IMG/VR virus record: IMGVR_UViG_2832410175_000003
Coordinates: 96,001 to 160,000 of that record
Length of the DNA: 64,000 nt
Source of the DNA: a virus
Taxonomy: Duplodnaviria; Caudoviricetes
Strand: one strand, 5' to 3'
In this document: positions 49,507 to 60,243 of the stretch, piece by piece
Numbering within the stretch: position 1 is the stretch's first letter
Layout: each line of letters starts with the position of its first letter
Notes under the pieces: generated by a model
What the model was told of the DNA's origin: nothing
The model's input: the letters and a program-made list of their open reading frames with translations, nothing else
Database searches by the model: none
Translations under genes and position numbers: made by a program

Positions 49507-50824
49507 TAAGGTGCGGCAGAGCCTTTCTGTTACCGACAAGGGAAAAACAGCCAACACCATCGACAACTGCCGGATTGTGTTCTGCTGCGATCCACTCCTG
49601 CGGGATGCCATCCGGCTTAATCTCCTGACAGACCGGGTAGACATTGTACAGGACTTGGGCTGGCGCAGGAATACCAGCGCTCTGACGGATACTGATGTGA
49701 AATATCTTCTCCTCTATTTTGAGAGAAACTATGAGCTGACCAGTGAGAAAAAGATCACGGCTGCCCTTTCTATCGTAGCAAACGAAAATTGTTACCATCC
49801 AATTCAGGATGTGCTGAACAGTCTTGTCTGGGACGGTACACCACGCATCCGATCCTGTCTGCACCATTTTCTTGGTGCTGATGAAAGTGACTATGTGGAA
49901 GAAATGCTGAAACATTTCCTGCTGGGTGCTATACGCCGGGTATTCCGTCCCGGTTCCAAATATGAAGAAATGCTTTGTTTGGTGGGCGGTCAGGGTGCCG
50001 GGAAGTCCACATTCTTCCGACTGCTGGCGATCCGGGACGAATGGTTCTCTGATGACCTGAAGAAGTTGGATGACGACCGGGTATTCCAAAAGCTACAAGG
50101 TCACTGGATCATTGAGATGTCAGAGATGCTTGCCACCAGCAGCGCAAAGAGCATTGAAGAAATCCGTTCCTTTATTAGCCGACAGAAGGAAACCTACCGG
50201 ACACCTTATGAATCTCAGCCTAAAGACCGGCTTCGGCAGTGCGTGTTCGGTGGTTCCTCGAATACCCTGGACTTTCTGCCGCTGGATCGAGCCGGGAACC
50301 GGCGCTTTCTCCCAATCATGATTTACCCGGAGAAGGCAGAGGTTCACATTTTGGAGGACGAGGACGCTTCCAGAGCGTATCTGTTGCAGGTATGGGCAGA
50401 AGCTATGAGCATTTACCACAGCGGCAAGTATTCCATGAAATTCAGCAAGTCCATCCAGCGTCAACTGGTGGAGGTGCAGAAAGACTTCATGCCGGAGGAC
50501 ACCGAAGCTGGACAGATACAGGGATTTCTGGAACACTACACCGGAAACATGGTCTGCTCAAAACAGCTGTTCAAGGAGGCGCTGGGACATACCTTTGATG
50601 AGCCGAAGCGGTGGCAGCTCCACAATATCAATGAGATCATGAACACGGTCGTGACCGGTTGGAAGCCTTTTTCCAATCCCCGGATGTTTGCCGGATATGG
50701 CAGACAAAAGGGCTGGGAACGGGACACTTCCGGCAACGAACTACCCAGCAACGAAGGTGGATTTGTAGAACTGAGTGAAGAAGAATGCCGTCAGCTGGAA
50801 CTTCCGCAGGAGTGGATCGCCTGA
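49418..50824 (+). CDS. VapE (virulence-associated E) helicase-like ATPase
   Basis: YHPI, GGQGAGKST, IIEMSEM, YRTPY, GNRRF. Confidence 0.9.
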   Translation: MNSEYQSLSPATQQAVMSAAEAIAPEQSVDKVRQSLSVTDKGKTANTIDNCRIVFCCDPLLRDAIRLNLLTDRVDIVQDLGWRRNTSALTDTDVKYLLLYFERNYELTSEKKITAALSIVANENCYHPIQDVLNSLVWDGTPRIRSCLHHFLGADESDYVEEMLKHFLLGAIRRVFRPGSKYEEMLCLVGGQGAGKSTFFRLLAIRDEWFSDDLKKLDDDRVFQKLQGHWIIEMSEMLATSSAKSIEEIRSFISRQKETYRTPYESQPKDRLRQCVFGGSSNTLDFLPLDRAGNRRFLPIMIYPEKAEVHILEDEDASRAYLLQVWAEAMSIYHSGKYSMKFSKSIQRQLVEVQKDFMPEDTEAGQIQGFLEHYTGNMVCSKQLFKEALGHTFDEPKRWQLHNINEIMNTVVTGWKPFSNPRMFAGYGRQKGWERDTSGNELPSNEGGFVELSEEECRQLELPQEWIA

Positions 50825-51053
50825 CAAGGACGGTCTGTTGCCGGGATAGTTGCCAGTTGGTTGCCGGGTTCGTTGCTGATAAATTTATGGTTTTGATATG
50901 GAAAAAGCCCGTAAATAAAGGATTTTTATTATCTATCTATGTTTCCGGCAACGAAAGCAACGAGATTTTACAAGAAAATTTGAAAAGTAAGAAATCAGGG
51001 TCAGACGATAGTTTACAGGTTTTTTGATGTCCGTTGCCGGACTTCGTTGCCAC
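50731..51053. repeat. About 10 GTTGC(C)/(G)GCAAC iterons flanking an AT-rich core; putative IME1 replication origin
   Basis: Copies near 50731, 50747, 50836, 50848, 50860, 50871, 50946, 50955, 51032, 51046 in both orientations. Confidence 0.6.
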
Positions 51054-51090
51054 AGCTACCGTCTGATCCCCTATTCTATGGAGGTAGCCT

Positions 51091-51258
51091 ATGGAGAAAA
51101 ACAAGAAGCAGAATAAAAAAGTCCAGTTTGTAGTGGTTCGTGAGTTTTCTGGGGACAAAACCATGCGGGAAGCCTTTGAGCAGCTGATCGAGCGTCAGAC
51201 CTGCGAACACTTCGAGGAATGGTTAGAGCATCAGGAAATGGCACGAAAAGCGGCGTAA
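51091..51258 (+). CDS. 55-aa TnpW-like protein (absent from ORF track)
   Basis: GGAGG RBS; MEKNKKQNKKVQFVVVREFSG...; directly upstream of the recombinase. Confidence 0.6.
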   Translation: MEKNKKQNKKVQFVVVREFSGDKTMREAFEQLIERQTCEHFEEWLEHQEMARKAA

Positions 51259-51329
51259 AGCAGTTGAATCATGGACAGGGGCATGGTATTATAATGGTAT
51301 CGTGTCCCTGTTCATAGAAGGAGAACACT

Positions 51330-52982
51330 ATGAGCAGGAAAAAACAAGTGAATCAGAAAATCACAGCCCTTTATTGCCGTATCTCTCTGGAGGATGGCGG
51401 CGATAATGAGAGCATGAGCATCAGCAACCAGAAACTTATGCTCCGGGACTTTGCCGAAAAAAACGGAATGTTCCAGTATGAGTATTATGTGGATGACGGT
51501 TATACAGGCCGCAATTTCAACCGCCCTTCTTTTCAGCGCATGATTGCCGATATTGAGGCGGGAAAGATCGGCTGCGTTATCACCAAAGACCTGTCCAGAC
51601 TGGGCAGGAATTATATCGAAGCTGGCAGCTATATCGAAATCTTTTTCCCAAAACACAATGTACGCTATATCGCCATTACAGACGGAGTGGACAGCCTGAC
51701 CCGTCAGGAAATGGACATTACGCCGTTTAAGAATATCCTGAACGATATGTACAGCCGGGATATTTCCAAAAAGGTGCTGGCAGGGCGTATGACCCGTTCC
51801 CGGCAGGGGAAGTTTTGTGGTGGGCAGCCGCCCCTCGGTTTGATGCGTGACCCGGAGGATAAGGGGCATTTGATCCGTGACCCTGAGACAGCACCGGTAA
51901 TCCGAAAAATCTATGATATGGCGCTGGATGGCTGGGGATGTATGCGGATTGCAAAGCAGCTCATGGATGATAAAGTCCCAATCACCAGAGTAAAAAGTAA
52001 CACAGAATGTGATGTAAATTACTATTCATGGGGAAGTGCAAGAATCAGCCATATCCTGCGGAATCCCTTTTATAAGGGCGCACATCTGGTCTGCCGGACA
52101 CATCAGAAAGGGATTCGCTCCAACACCTATGATATTATCCCTCGTGAGGACTGGGAAATTATCGAGGATTGCCATGAAGCAATCATCTCCCCGGAAGAAT
52201 GGGAGCAGGTGCAGGAAATCATTGACCGCAGACCAACCATTATGAAGGGCAACTCCTGCCCCTTTTATAACCTGTTCCACGGTATCATTTATTGTGCGAC
52301 TTGCGGAAAGTCCATGCAGGTGCGGTATGAAAAGGTTGGCAGAACCGGAAAGAACCGTTTTACCGGCGAACAGCGGGAACCGATTGATAAGGCGTATTAT
52401 ATCTGCCAGACCTATAACAGGCTGGGCAAGAACGCCTGTACCAGCCACAAGATCGAAGCCAGAGATTTATACAATCTTGTGCTGAAAGATATTCAGGAGC
52501 TGGCAAAGACTGCGCTCAAAGATGCCGATGCTTTTTATCAGCGGCTGAGCAGCCGGATGGAGCGCCGGTATCTTCTGGACGCTTCCCAGACACAGAAGGA
52601 ATGTCAACGACTGGAAAGCAGGAATTGTGAAATTGATGAGATGTTTCTGAGCCTATATACCGATAAGGCAAAAGGAATCTTGACTGAGCAGCGTTTTATG
52701 AAGCTGACAGCAACACTGGAGCAGGAGCAGGAAGCTAACCAGAAGCGCCTGCGAGACCTGCTGTTGATGATGCGCCACTCTGACGAACAGGAAAATGAAG
52801 TCCGCACCTTTATCAAAGAAATCCGGCGTTATGCAGCCATTGAAGAACTGGATGAAGCGGTGCTGAACCGGCTCATCAGCAAAATTTTGGTGGGCGAAGT
52901 CAAGAAGATTGACGGACAGAAGGTGCAGGAAGTCAGAATCGTTTATAACTTTGTCGGAGAAATCCCGGAGATTACAGCATAA
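51330..52982 (+). CDS. Large serine recombinase (TnpX-like)
   Basis: YCRIS, SISNQ, DDGYTG, KDLSRLGRN, zinc ribbon CATCG, DUF4368-like C-terminus. Confidence 0.95.
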   Translation: MSRKKQVNQKITALYCRISLEDGGDNESMSISNQKLMLRDFAEKNGMFQYEYYVDDGYTGRNFNRPSFQRMIADIEAGKIGCVITKDLSRLGRNYIEAGSYIEIFFPKHNVRYIAITDGVDSLTRQEMDITPFKNILNDMYSRDISKKVLAGRMTRSRQGKFCGGQPPLGLMRDPEDKGHLIRDPETAPVIRKIYDMALDGWGCMRIAKQLMDDKVPITRVKSNTECDVNYYSWGSARISHILRNPFYKGAHLVCRTHQKGIRSNTYDIIPREDWEIIEDCHEAIISPEEWEQVQEIIDRRPTIMKGNSCPFYNLFHGIIYCATCGKSMQVRYEKVGRTGKNRFTGEQREPIDKAYYICQTYNRLGKNACTSHKIEARDLYNLVLKDIQELAKTALKDADAFYQRLSSRMERRYLLDASQTQKECQRLESRNCEIDEMFLSLYTDKAKGILTEQRFMKLTATLEQEQEANQKRLRDLLLMMRHSDEQENEVRTFIKEIRRYAAIEELDEAVLNRLISKILVGEVKKIDGQKVQEVRIVYNFVGEIPEITA

Positions 52983-53095
52983 TCATTTCGCCTCATCTCT
53001 CAATCAGCGAGGGATGAGGCTTTTCTTTTTGTAAAATTGCAATAGATATATTCATAATTTATTTACAATTAAATTCCTAGCCGTACAGCAGAAAA

Positions 53096-53935
53096 ATGAT
53101 GACGAAAGATGATGCAAATGCTATAATGTTTGCATATAGATATGACAATTTGACCATATCGGAATCTTTATTCAAACAGATGATTGGAGATATTGCTATT
53201 ATGAGAAATCCATGGCCAATTTTCAGCATTGCGGCTCTCTCCGGAGTTGCGTGCCTGATATATGATCACTTTTTTTCTTACGAGACTATGTGGATTGCTG
53301 TTGTAGTGTTCCTTGTGCTGCTGGCTCTATGCTTTTTCGCATATTGCAAATATGAACACTGGCTGGCAAAGAAACTTAACCCCTATGTGGTGGCATATCA
53401 AAGCGATCACAACCTTGAGAATTTGAAACATGGATTGGATCGCTGGCGTCCTTGGGCACTCAGCAAGCATTCCAAAAACATCATTACAGCGAACTGGTTC
53501 TCCGCTCTGCTGGAACAACAGCGCTGGACAGAAGCGGAAGAAACTTTGGAGCAGTTTTTGCATCGAGCAAAAAATACGCAGGATAAACTGGGGTATCACC
53601 TACTTCGTGAAGATTACGCAAGGGCGATCGGAGACACTGAATTAGAGAAGCAGGAACGACTTCTAAGCGAACAGCTAAAAACCCAGCTTGGAAATAAAAA
53701 GGGAGAATCAAGAATACCCGCAAGCGCCAAAGAGAGTAAATATGCTTTCTTTTGCTGGCTCTCTTTCAGCGTTGGTCTGGCACTGTTCGGAATCATCAGC
53801 AATATCGCCACCGGGGACTCAATCCTTGGATCGTTTGGAGCCGGAGTTTTTATTTTGGGCTTGTTCTCGTTCCCAGTCTGCTTGATCTGGCTGATTCTCT
53901 GGTTGATCCGGCGCAGAAAGGAGGCTGCTAAATGA
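53096..53935 (+). CDS. Membrane protein (start uncertain, possibly 53201)
   Basis: Four hydrophobic segments. Confidence 0.7.
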   Translation: MMTKDDANAIMFAYRYDNLTISESLFKQMIGDIAIMRNPWPIFSIAALSGVACLIYDHFFSYETMWIAVVVFLVLLALCFFAYCKYEHWLAKKLNPYVVAYQSDHNLENLKHGLDRWRPWALSKHSKNIITANWFSALLEQQRWTEAEETLEQFLHRAKNTQDKLGYHLLREDYARAIGDTELEKQERLLSEQLKTQLGNKKGESRIPASAKESKYAFFCWLSFSVGLALFGIISNIATGDSILGSFGAGVFILGLFSFPVCLIWLILWLIRRRKEAAK

Positions 53936-54519
53936 CTTATATCCTCCCGGTACTCTATGTAATTGTGTCTTATACATTCTTCCTTTTGGCAGGCTGTTTT
54001 GACAATGCGATCAAATTGCAGATATTATCGATCCTTCTGCCTTTTATCATGGGAATCGTCAATTTGATTGTTGTGCTGACCGTAGGAAGAAAGTGGTCAA
54101 GAAAGACATTGCTGAACTGCACTTTGATCATCAAGTATGGACTGATCCCGTTCTACCTGGTCGGAGGGAGCATCACCGTATATGTAACGCTGATGGCATT
54201 CTTCCCATTGCCGCTGATGGCGTTGTTTGGACTGGTAACCATTGTTTTTTTGATTTTTGGATACGGGATTCTATTAGGGGCAGCTCCCTATGCTATCGCT
54301 TATCTGATAAAGTCATGCAAAGACGGCATTCATCCGAAATGGTTGGCGGTTTTAGCTGGAATCTGCCAGTTCTTCTTTTCCTTTGATGTACTTGCAATGA
54401 TGGTTCTGACATTAAAGGAGCGGCACAGGGTCAAAACGACGATTGCCGTTTTCTGTGCAATGTGTCTTGCGCTCCTGCTTATCGTACTCTATGTGGTCAT
54501 GACGCTGATAGGAGCATAA
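53932..54519 (+). CDS. Polytopic membrane protein
   Basis: Multiple TM helices; ATGA overlap. Confidence 0.75.
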   Translation: MTYILPVLYVIVSYTFFLLAGCFDNAIKLQILSILLPFIMGIVNLIVVLTVGRKWSRKTLLNCTLIIKYGLIPFYLVGGSITVYVTLMAFFPLPLMALFGLVTIVFLIFGYGILLGAAPYAIAYLIKSCKDGIHPKWLAVLAGICQFFFSFDVLAMMVLTLKERHRVKTTIAVFCAMCLALLLIVLYVVMTLIGA

Positions 54520-54593
54520 TCGACCTTTATATAGGATATGAGTTGTTCATACATAAAACAAATTTGATAGAATCGCAGAAAGGATTTACGCTT

Positions 54594-55706
54594 ATGAAAA
54601 AACAATGGATTGCTTTACTGACAGGATGTGTGCTGGTATGCAGTATGCTGGCCGGATGCGGCTCAAAACCTCAGACATCAGCTCCGGCAGCTGCGGGCAG
54701 CGATAAAGGCTGTACGGATGAGGCCATTCTGTCTCAGCTGAAAAATGACGGGACACCTGAGTTCGTACTGGATGGCACTTACTACACACTTCCTTTGGAA
54801 ACTTCCCAGCTGATACAAGTCGGCTGGAGTTTGGAAACGGAAGAATATGATGCAGCAGAGGTTTCTCTGCAACCCGGCGAGCGTATTTATGGGGAACTTT
54901 CCAAAGACGATCAGGAAATAGATGTTGCAATCGTAAATGCCGGGACAGAGCCATGCAAGCCTGCTGAGGGCGGAACGGTGGTAGAACTGGAATACTCTGC
55001 CGATAAGGATCAACCAAATCCTGATTTCTTTGTAACGCTCAATGGGATCAACTGTGCGATGTCCAACGCAGCTTTACAAAAGGCGCTGGAAGGTGTAGAC
55101 GGATATAAACTGAATTCCGCAGGAAATATCGACATCAATCGTACTGTTGATGATGATGAAATTGCTGTTTATAAAGTCATTCTGGATGATGACTACACAG
55201 CAATCACGCTTGCTTCGGACAATGTTTTTGAATACAAGGATTATCAGCCGCAAGAGGTAAAAGAACAGGCATCTAATGAAAAGATTGCCGCTTACAAGGA
55301 TACTACAAAAGCCGAGATGGAGCCGTATGCTCAGGATTTCAATGCGATCATCGAGGGATATGAAGAAAATATGGTCGTTGGATTTTACAGTGAAGGTACT
55401 ATTTGGGGCGAAGAAGTCGGTGAATATAAATCTATTGCCGGAACGCCGCTCGCTTCGGATGTGTCTCTCTACATCGCAGAGGATACAACCGGCCAGCTCT
55501 ACTGTATTGCTAACCAGATTTTGAATGAAGATGGTACTGTAAGCACTGCCATTGAGCTTGAGGAAGGCGATCAGGTCAAGGTTTGGGGTTATGCTTCACA
55601 GTATCTGGAATTGCAGGAAGGTCTGAAAATCGTCGTGGTTCAGCCTGGTATCATTGAACGCAACGGCGAACTGGTGATCCTGGACAAAAATTTGAAAGCA
55701 GACTAA
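54594..55706 (+). CDS. Acidic lipoprotein
   Basis: MKKQW signal peptide with LAGC lipobox. Confidence 0.8.
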   Translation: MKKQWIALLTGCVLVCSMLAGCGSKPQTSAPAAAGSDKGCTDEAILSQLKNDGTPEFVLDGTYYTLPLETSQLIQVGWSLETEEYDAAEVSLQPGERIYGELSKDDQEIDVAIVNAGTEPCKPAEGGTVVELEYSADKDQPNPDFFVTLNGINCAMSNAALQKALEGVDGYKLNSAGNIDINRTVDDDEIAVYKVILDDDYTAITLASDNVFEYKDYQPQEVKEQASNEKIAAYKDTTKAEMEPYAQDFNAIIEGYEENMVVGFYSEGTIWGEEVGEYKSIAGTPLASDVSLYIAEDTTGQLYCIANQILNEDGTVSTAIELEEGDQVKVWGYASQYLELQEGLKIVVVQPGIIERNGELVILDKNLKAD

Positions 55707-55786
55707 TGCTTTTGAACGCCGGGTGCATCTATCAAAGGATTGCATCCGGCGTTCTCAACTTAAAACAATAATTAGGAGGAACAATT

Positions 55787-56245
55787 ATGCTTACAATGAA
55801 TGAAAAAGATAAAAATGAAATGCTGGAAGCCATTTTGAAGGAAAACGAAGCCTATCAGTGCAAGTTATGGGCGGTCATCATGGCCGGAGCTGATACCTAT
55901 GCACTGATTGGAGGACTTTCTACACTGACGGGGGGTGCTGCCGCTGCATTAGGCGCACTGAGCAATGCTTACTGCTATCTGGGAGTTACCGAGAAACACC
56001 TGAATATGGTCATTGTAAATTCCGTCAATGTCTCAAAAATTGAAAACCGGCTTTCTCTGCCCTTAAGCAGCATAACAAAGGCAGAAGTCAAGGGTGGGCT
56101 GCTGCCCGGAAGAAAAGTCGTAATGCTGCATTTTGGAAAAGAAAAAATGAAAATTTCTTTGATGAACAATGCGATTGGCTCTGATATTCAGGGGCAGAAA
56201 GAAAATGTTGAGATGTTCTGCCAGATTGTTTCCAAACTCGGATAA
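55787..56245 (+). CDS. Hypothetical protein (PH-like fold possible)
   Basis: AGGAGG RBS; YLGVTEKHL. Confidence 0.7.
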   Translation: MLTMNEKDKNEMLEAILKENEAYQCKLWAVIMAGADTYALIGGLSTLTGGAAAALGALSNAYCYLGVTEKHLNMVIVNSVNVSKIENRLSLPLSSITKAEVKGGLLPGRKVVMLHFGKEKMKISLMNNAIGSDIQGQKENVEMFCQIVSKLG

Positions 56246-56275
56246 CCAGTATTATAAAGTGAGAGGAATCAGAGT

Positions 56276-56863
56276 ATGAAAAAAATCTTAATTGTGTTAT
56301 TAACTATGGTGTTGCTCCTTGCTGGATGCGGCAAAAATGGGGCTTCATCGCCACAATCTCCCTCTGATGAATCTGTGGCGGATCGGCAGAAACCCTCTTC
56401 TTCCGAAACCGAAATATCATCTGAAGATCATGCGATTCCCGGAAGTTATACCGTCCCGGAGGGATGGGAGAAATCTGAGAAGCATTCTACTGATTCGCAG
56501 ATTTTCTACATAGAGGAAGGTCACGAAAATGATGAAAAGCCGGACAACATATCCATCCATGTAGGAAAGAACAAATATAGTCTGGAGGAGCATGAGCAGT
56601 TCCGGGATGCGATCGTCCAACAGATTTTGATGCAGCTGGATGGTATTGAAGCACAACTGAACGGGGATGGAACCTATACCGAGCAGGGAGATCTACTGTA
56701 TATCTTTACTATCGACGAGGGCGATATTGTCACCACGCAATACTATATTGTAAGGGATTACGGGTTCTGCCTGATCCAGCTTACAAATTTCAGCGGATCA
56801 GAAACCACTGAACAGGCCGCCAGGGACATGGTAGATAGCTTTGTTTGGGATACAGAAGGATAA
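56276..56863 (+). CDS. Acidic lipoprotein
   Basis: LAGC lipobox. Confidence 0.8.
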   Translation: MKKILIVLLTMVLLLAGCGKNGASSPQSPSDESVADRQKPSSSETEISSEDHAIPGSYTVPEGWEKSEKHSTDSQIFYIEEGHENDEKPDNISIHVGKNKYSLEEHEQFRDAIVQQILMQLDGIEAQLNGDGTYTEQGDLLYIFTIDEGDIVTTQYYIVRDYGFCLIQLTNFSGSETTEQAARDMVDSFVWDTEG

Positions 56864-56903
56864 ATTGACACAGGAACCGTGATTTTATAGGAAAACGACG
56901 AAG

Positions 56904-58109
56904 ATGGAGAAACGAAAACTTTCAGGAAAAACAATTTTGAAGCTGGCAGGGGCACTTTTGGCTCTGGCTTATTTGGGATTCTATTTTTATGTAGGTATTA
57001 CAGGAAAACTTCCTTATATGCACGAAACTGTACATATCATGCGATACGGAGATCGTAAAAAATGGGTGGCAGGTGGTATGACAGCAGCCATGATTCTTGG
57101 TATATGTATCAACTCTGCGCTTAATGACTTAAATCTCAAGAGGATACGCAAGGAGTCATTTCTACCCTTGTTTTTCACTATGATTTTTCCGATTATCCTC
57201 CTTCTGCTTCTGGAAGCTTTTCTGGATAATGGCTGGCTTGGGATTGGCATTTATGCCAGTGTTGCAATCTTCATGTGTGCGACTGCATGGATTCCACTGA
57301 TCCTAAGAAAATGGATCACCCATCTACTTTTGCGTGACAAACCTATGAGTGGCAAACAGCAAGTGCGGATCATTGAGTGGATTCATTTTCATCCACTGAA
57401 AAAGTTGCTGGTTTTCGGGCTGTGGGGCTTTGGCGTTGTACTGGTTCTGCGTGGCATCTGGGTAACGGCAACCGGGAAAATCGAAATGGATGGAGAGCTT
57501 TTTCTGTTTTTACTTGGCACAGCAGTTCTGGCTGTAGCGCTGTTTCAGAAAATGAGACGCTATATCTGCACGCCTTACCGGAACATACCGGTACTGAATC
57601 AGATTCTCAGCAAAAATCAGCTGGAACAGCTGCTGGATGGAGAACATTTTGAACCAATAGAGTTTGAAGATGAGGGCATGAAAAAGTATCTGGAAATATA
57701 CCAAAGCCAGAACTGGATGCTGATTGGCGGTAAGCTACTCTCAAAAAAGCTGGCTTTATGGTTCACAATGAATCGGTTCAGGAACCATACTTCCCTGAAG
57801 GTACTTTACCTGAACGGCATGACTGCCAAAGCAAAGGTCGATCTGGATATTCGAGGGGACCGGTACACGGAGTTTACTGCTGTGCTGAAAGAATTGATTG
57901 GATACGAAGGCACACTTAAGCTGTATGAAAAAGAAGAACAGCTGGCACAGAAATTTGCATCCTTTTTCCCAGAGCAAACTTCCGAACAGGACCGTGTCGC
58001 TGCTTTTCTTTCTCAGGATGTGACAGCGATCCGGCAGGACTATATTCAGACCTTCTCTCCACCGCCAGATCCCCGAAAGAAAAAACGGAGTAGACGGGAA
58101 CGGGAATAA
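56904..58109 (+). CDS. Polytopic membrane protein
   Basis: About six TM helices plus a soluble C-terminus. Confidence 0.75.
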   Translation: MEKRKLSGKTILKLAGALLALAYLGFYFYVGITGKLPYMHETVHIMRYGDRKKWVAGGMTAAMILGICINSALNDLNLKRIRKESFLPLFFTMIFPIILLLLLEAFLDNGWLGIGIYASVAIFMCATAWIPLILRKWITHLLLRDKPMSGKQQVRIIEWIHFHPLKKLLVFGLWGFGVVLVLRGIWVTATGKIEMDGELFLFLLGTAVLAVALFQKMRRYICTPYRNIPVLNQILSKNQLEQLLDGEHFEPIEFEDEGMKKYLEIYQSQNWMLIGGKLLSKKLALWFTMNRFRNHTSLKVLYLNGMTAKAKVDLDIRGDRYTEFTAVLKELIGYEGTLKLYEKEEQLAQKFASFFPEQTSEQDRVAAFLSQDVTAIRQDYIQTFSPPPDPRKKKRSRRERE

Positions 58110-58177
58110 AAGGTTTTCTTCAATTTCAATGGAGAAAGGCTTACGAAAATAAAGAGGATATAACTTGGAGGTTACCT

Positions 58178-58723
58178 ATGAACTATGATATGAATATGAT
58201 TAAATACCGCAAAAGTGGGTTTTTCAGAATTGCAGCAGCTATTCTGATGATCTGTTTTACACTATTTGGGCTTACCGCTTGCGCCGGTACTACTGACAGC
58301 AAAGATAATAACGATGATAATGCACTGATACAAGGGACATGGGAAATAGATACCGGCTCTGGTGCTGGTTATAAATTCGTTGACGATAAGTTTATGTGGT
58401 TAAAATCCATCGAGAATGTTAACGATAACTACTGGTACGGAGATGTTGAGTATTATAAAGGTGCTGAAGCAATGGAAATAGCAGGACTAACAGAGGAGGA
58501 ACTTCAAAGCAGCCTGCCAGGTCTTAAACCTGAAAACATTTTTGTAACAAAATTAGATCCCGAAAAAATCATTACCGATGGTGAGGATAAAACTGCTACC
58601 AATATGAACGACCAAACCTTATGGACTCGCTTATGGCTTATTGAAGAAAATGAGGACAGTGTTGCTGCGGTAGTGTTTGATTTAGAAACTTTTAGTATGG
58701 AGAGCTACACTAAAGTTAAGTAA
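58178..58723 (+). CDS. Acidic lipoprotein
   Basis: LTAC lipobox. Confidence 0.75.
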   Translation: MNYDMNMIKYRKSGFFRIAAAILMICFTLFGLTACAGTTDSKDNNDDNALIQGTWEIDTGSGAGYKFVDDKFMWLKSIENVNDNYWYGDVEYYKGAEAMEIAGLTEEELQSSLPGLKPENIFVTKLDPEKIITDGEDKTATNMNDQTLWTRLWLIEENEDSVAAVVFDLETFSMESYTKVK

Positions 58724-58813
58724 AACCAGAAATTTGAAGTTGTGTAATTGAAATGTCACAGATGTATTGGGAGAAAGAGTTATGGTTATAAAGAACTGGG
58801 AAGGAGAAATATT

Positions 58814-59134
58814 ATGGCTGTTGATAACGCAAGTCAGATTGATGCAATCGCAAACGATAAAGAAAATGCTTGTTTGGTACTCCTTATTACCGACCATTTG
58901 AATTGGGACAATGAGTTTGAACACTTGAAGATTTTACAAGATAAAATCAATGCGTATGTGGCTTTTATCGAAAGCGAACAGTACGATGAAATATACCCCA
59001 ATGCTGATTTTAAGATGGCTATGATAGAAATCCATTTCAAGTATGATATAACAGATAACTGCCAGAAATTTTTGCAAGTAGTTCAAGATCAATTAGGACG
59101 GATAGGGATAAAAATCAAGGCACAGATTAGCTAA
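58814..59134 (+). CDS. DUF6572-like protein (possible immunity protein)
   Basis: IDAI...LLITDHLNW...HLKILQDKINAYVAFIES. Confidence 0.65.
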   Translation: MAVDNASQIDAIANDKENACLVLLITDHLNWDNEFEHLKILQDKINAYVAFIESEQYDEIYPNADFKMAMIEIHFKYDITDNCQKFLQVVQDQLGRIGIKIKAQIS

Positions 59135-59222
59135 CAGTTTCCAGTTTGTAGAACTTAGTAAAACAAAATTCAGTTTGCATAGCAGGCAGCCCAACCACAA
59201 TTAAATCTTCACAGCTTTACTA

Positions 59223-59256
59223 AGCAGGAGATCCGAAAAGGTCTCCTGCTTTTTTG
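59223..59256 (+). terminator. Intrinsic terminator
   Basis: AGCAGGAGA/TCTCCTGCT hairpin plus T-tract. Confidence 0.75.
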
Positions 59257-59373
59257 CACCCTAAATTAAATGTATCACAGCTAAAACTATCGAAAACAAA
59301 ATAGGCAGATACCATAAAAGAAGTTTTTCTTTGGATAGTGCTTGTCTTTTTTGAATTCATCACTTGACATTGT

Positions 59374-59655
59374 GGCAAAGAGCTGATGACTCAGGACGAG
59401 ATCGCGGTGATGGACGGAGGCAAGTGTATCTTGCAGCTTCGAGGGGTGCGGCCGTTTTTCAGCGACAAGTTTGATATAACCCGCCATCCCCGCTACAAGT
59501 ACCTTGCTGATGCCGACAAGAAAAATACCTTTGACATTGAACGGTACATGAAACGCAGACCGGCCATTGTGAAGCCGGACGAGCCTTTCGATCTGTACGA
59601 ATTGAAAGCCACCGACCTTCAACCCAACAATTCAACTGAACGAAAGGAAATGTGA
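59374..59655 (+). pseudogene. virD4: 3' fragment of a Tn1549-type virD4/traG
   Basis: GKELMTQDEIAVMDGGKCILQLRGVRPFFSDKFDI. Confidence 0.88.
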
Positions 59656-59657
59656 AT

Positions 59658-59816
59658 ATGAGCTTTTTTACTAACGCTATCGACGTTTTGCAGACTCTGG
59701 TCATCGCCCTGGGCGGCGGCCTGTGCGTGTGGGGCGGCATCAACCTTCTGGAAGGTTACGGCCAGGACAACCCTGCCTCCAAAAGCCAGGGCATCAAGCA
59801 GTTCATGGCTAATTAA
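59658..59816 (+). pseudogene. maff2: Truncated Maff2-family membrane protein
   Basis: MSFFTNAIDVLQTLVIALGGGLCVWGGINLLEGYGQDNPASKSQGIKQFMA then stop; the second TM helix is missing. Confidence 0.85.
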
Positions 59817-59970
59817 AGGGAACAAAAAGAAAGGAAAAGCCAATCCAGACGGTATCAGCGGCAGGCTACAAGAATAAATTGTGATTTCACAAGATTGGTG
59901 CTATAATAAGAGAAAAGTTCCTGCCGGGGCAGCCGCTCCGGTGGTATGGATAGAAAGGCAGGAAAACAAT

Positions 59971-60243
59971 ATGCACATCAGCTATAAACCACTCTGGCAC
60001 ACACTGTTAGAGCGTGATATGAGAAAAGAGGATTTAAGGCTTGCCGCTGGTATGACAACAAATATGATTGCCAACATGAGCAAAGAGGGAAAGCACATCA
60101 GCATGGATACATTAGCCCGTATCTGCGAAACGCTGAATTGTGAGATTACCGATGTGATTGAGTTAGTACCAGACGAGCCTGCTTCCACAGGAGGTAAGGA
60201 ACATGAGCGAATTGAAACCAAGAATAAAAGAAAACGGAATTGA
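59971..60243 (+). CDS. Cro/C1-type HTH protein
   Basis: ISYKPLWHTLLER...TLARICETLNC. Confidence 0.85.
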   Translation: MHISYKPLWHTLLERDMRKEDLRLAAGMTTNMIANMSKEGKHISMDTLARICETLNCEITDVIELVPDEPASTGGKEHERIETKNKRKRN

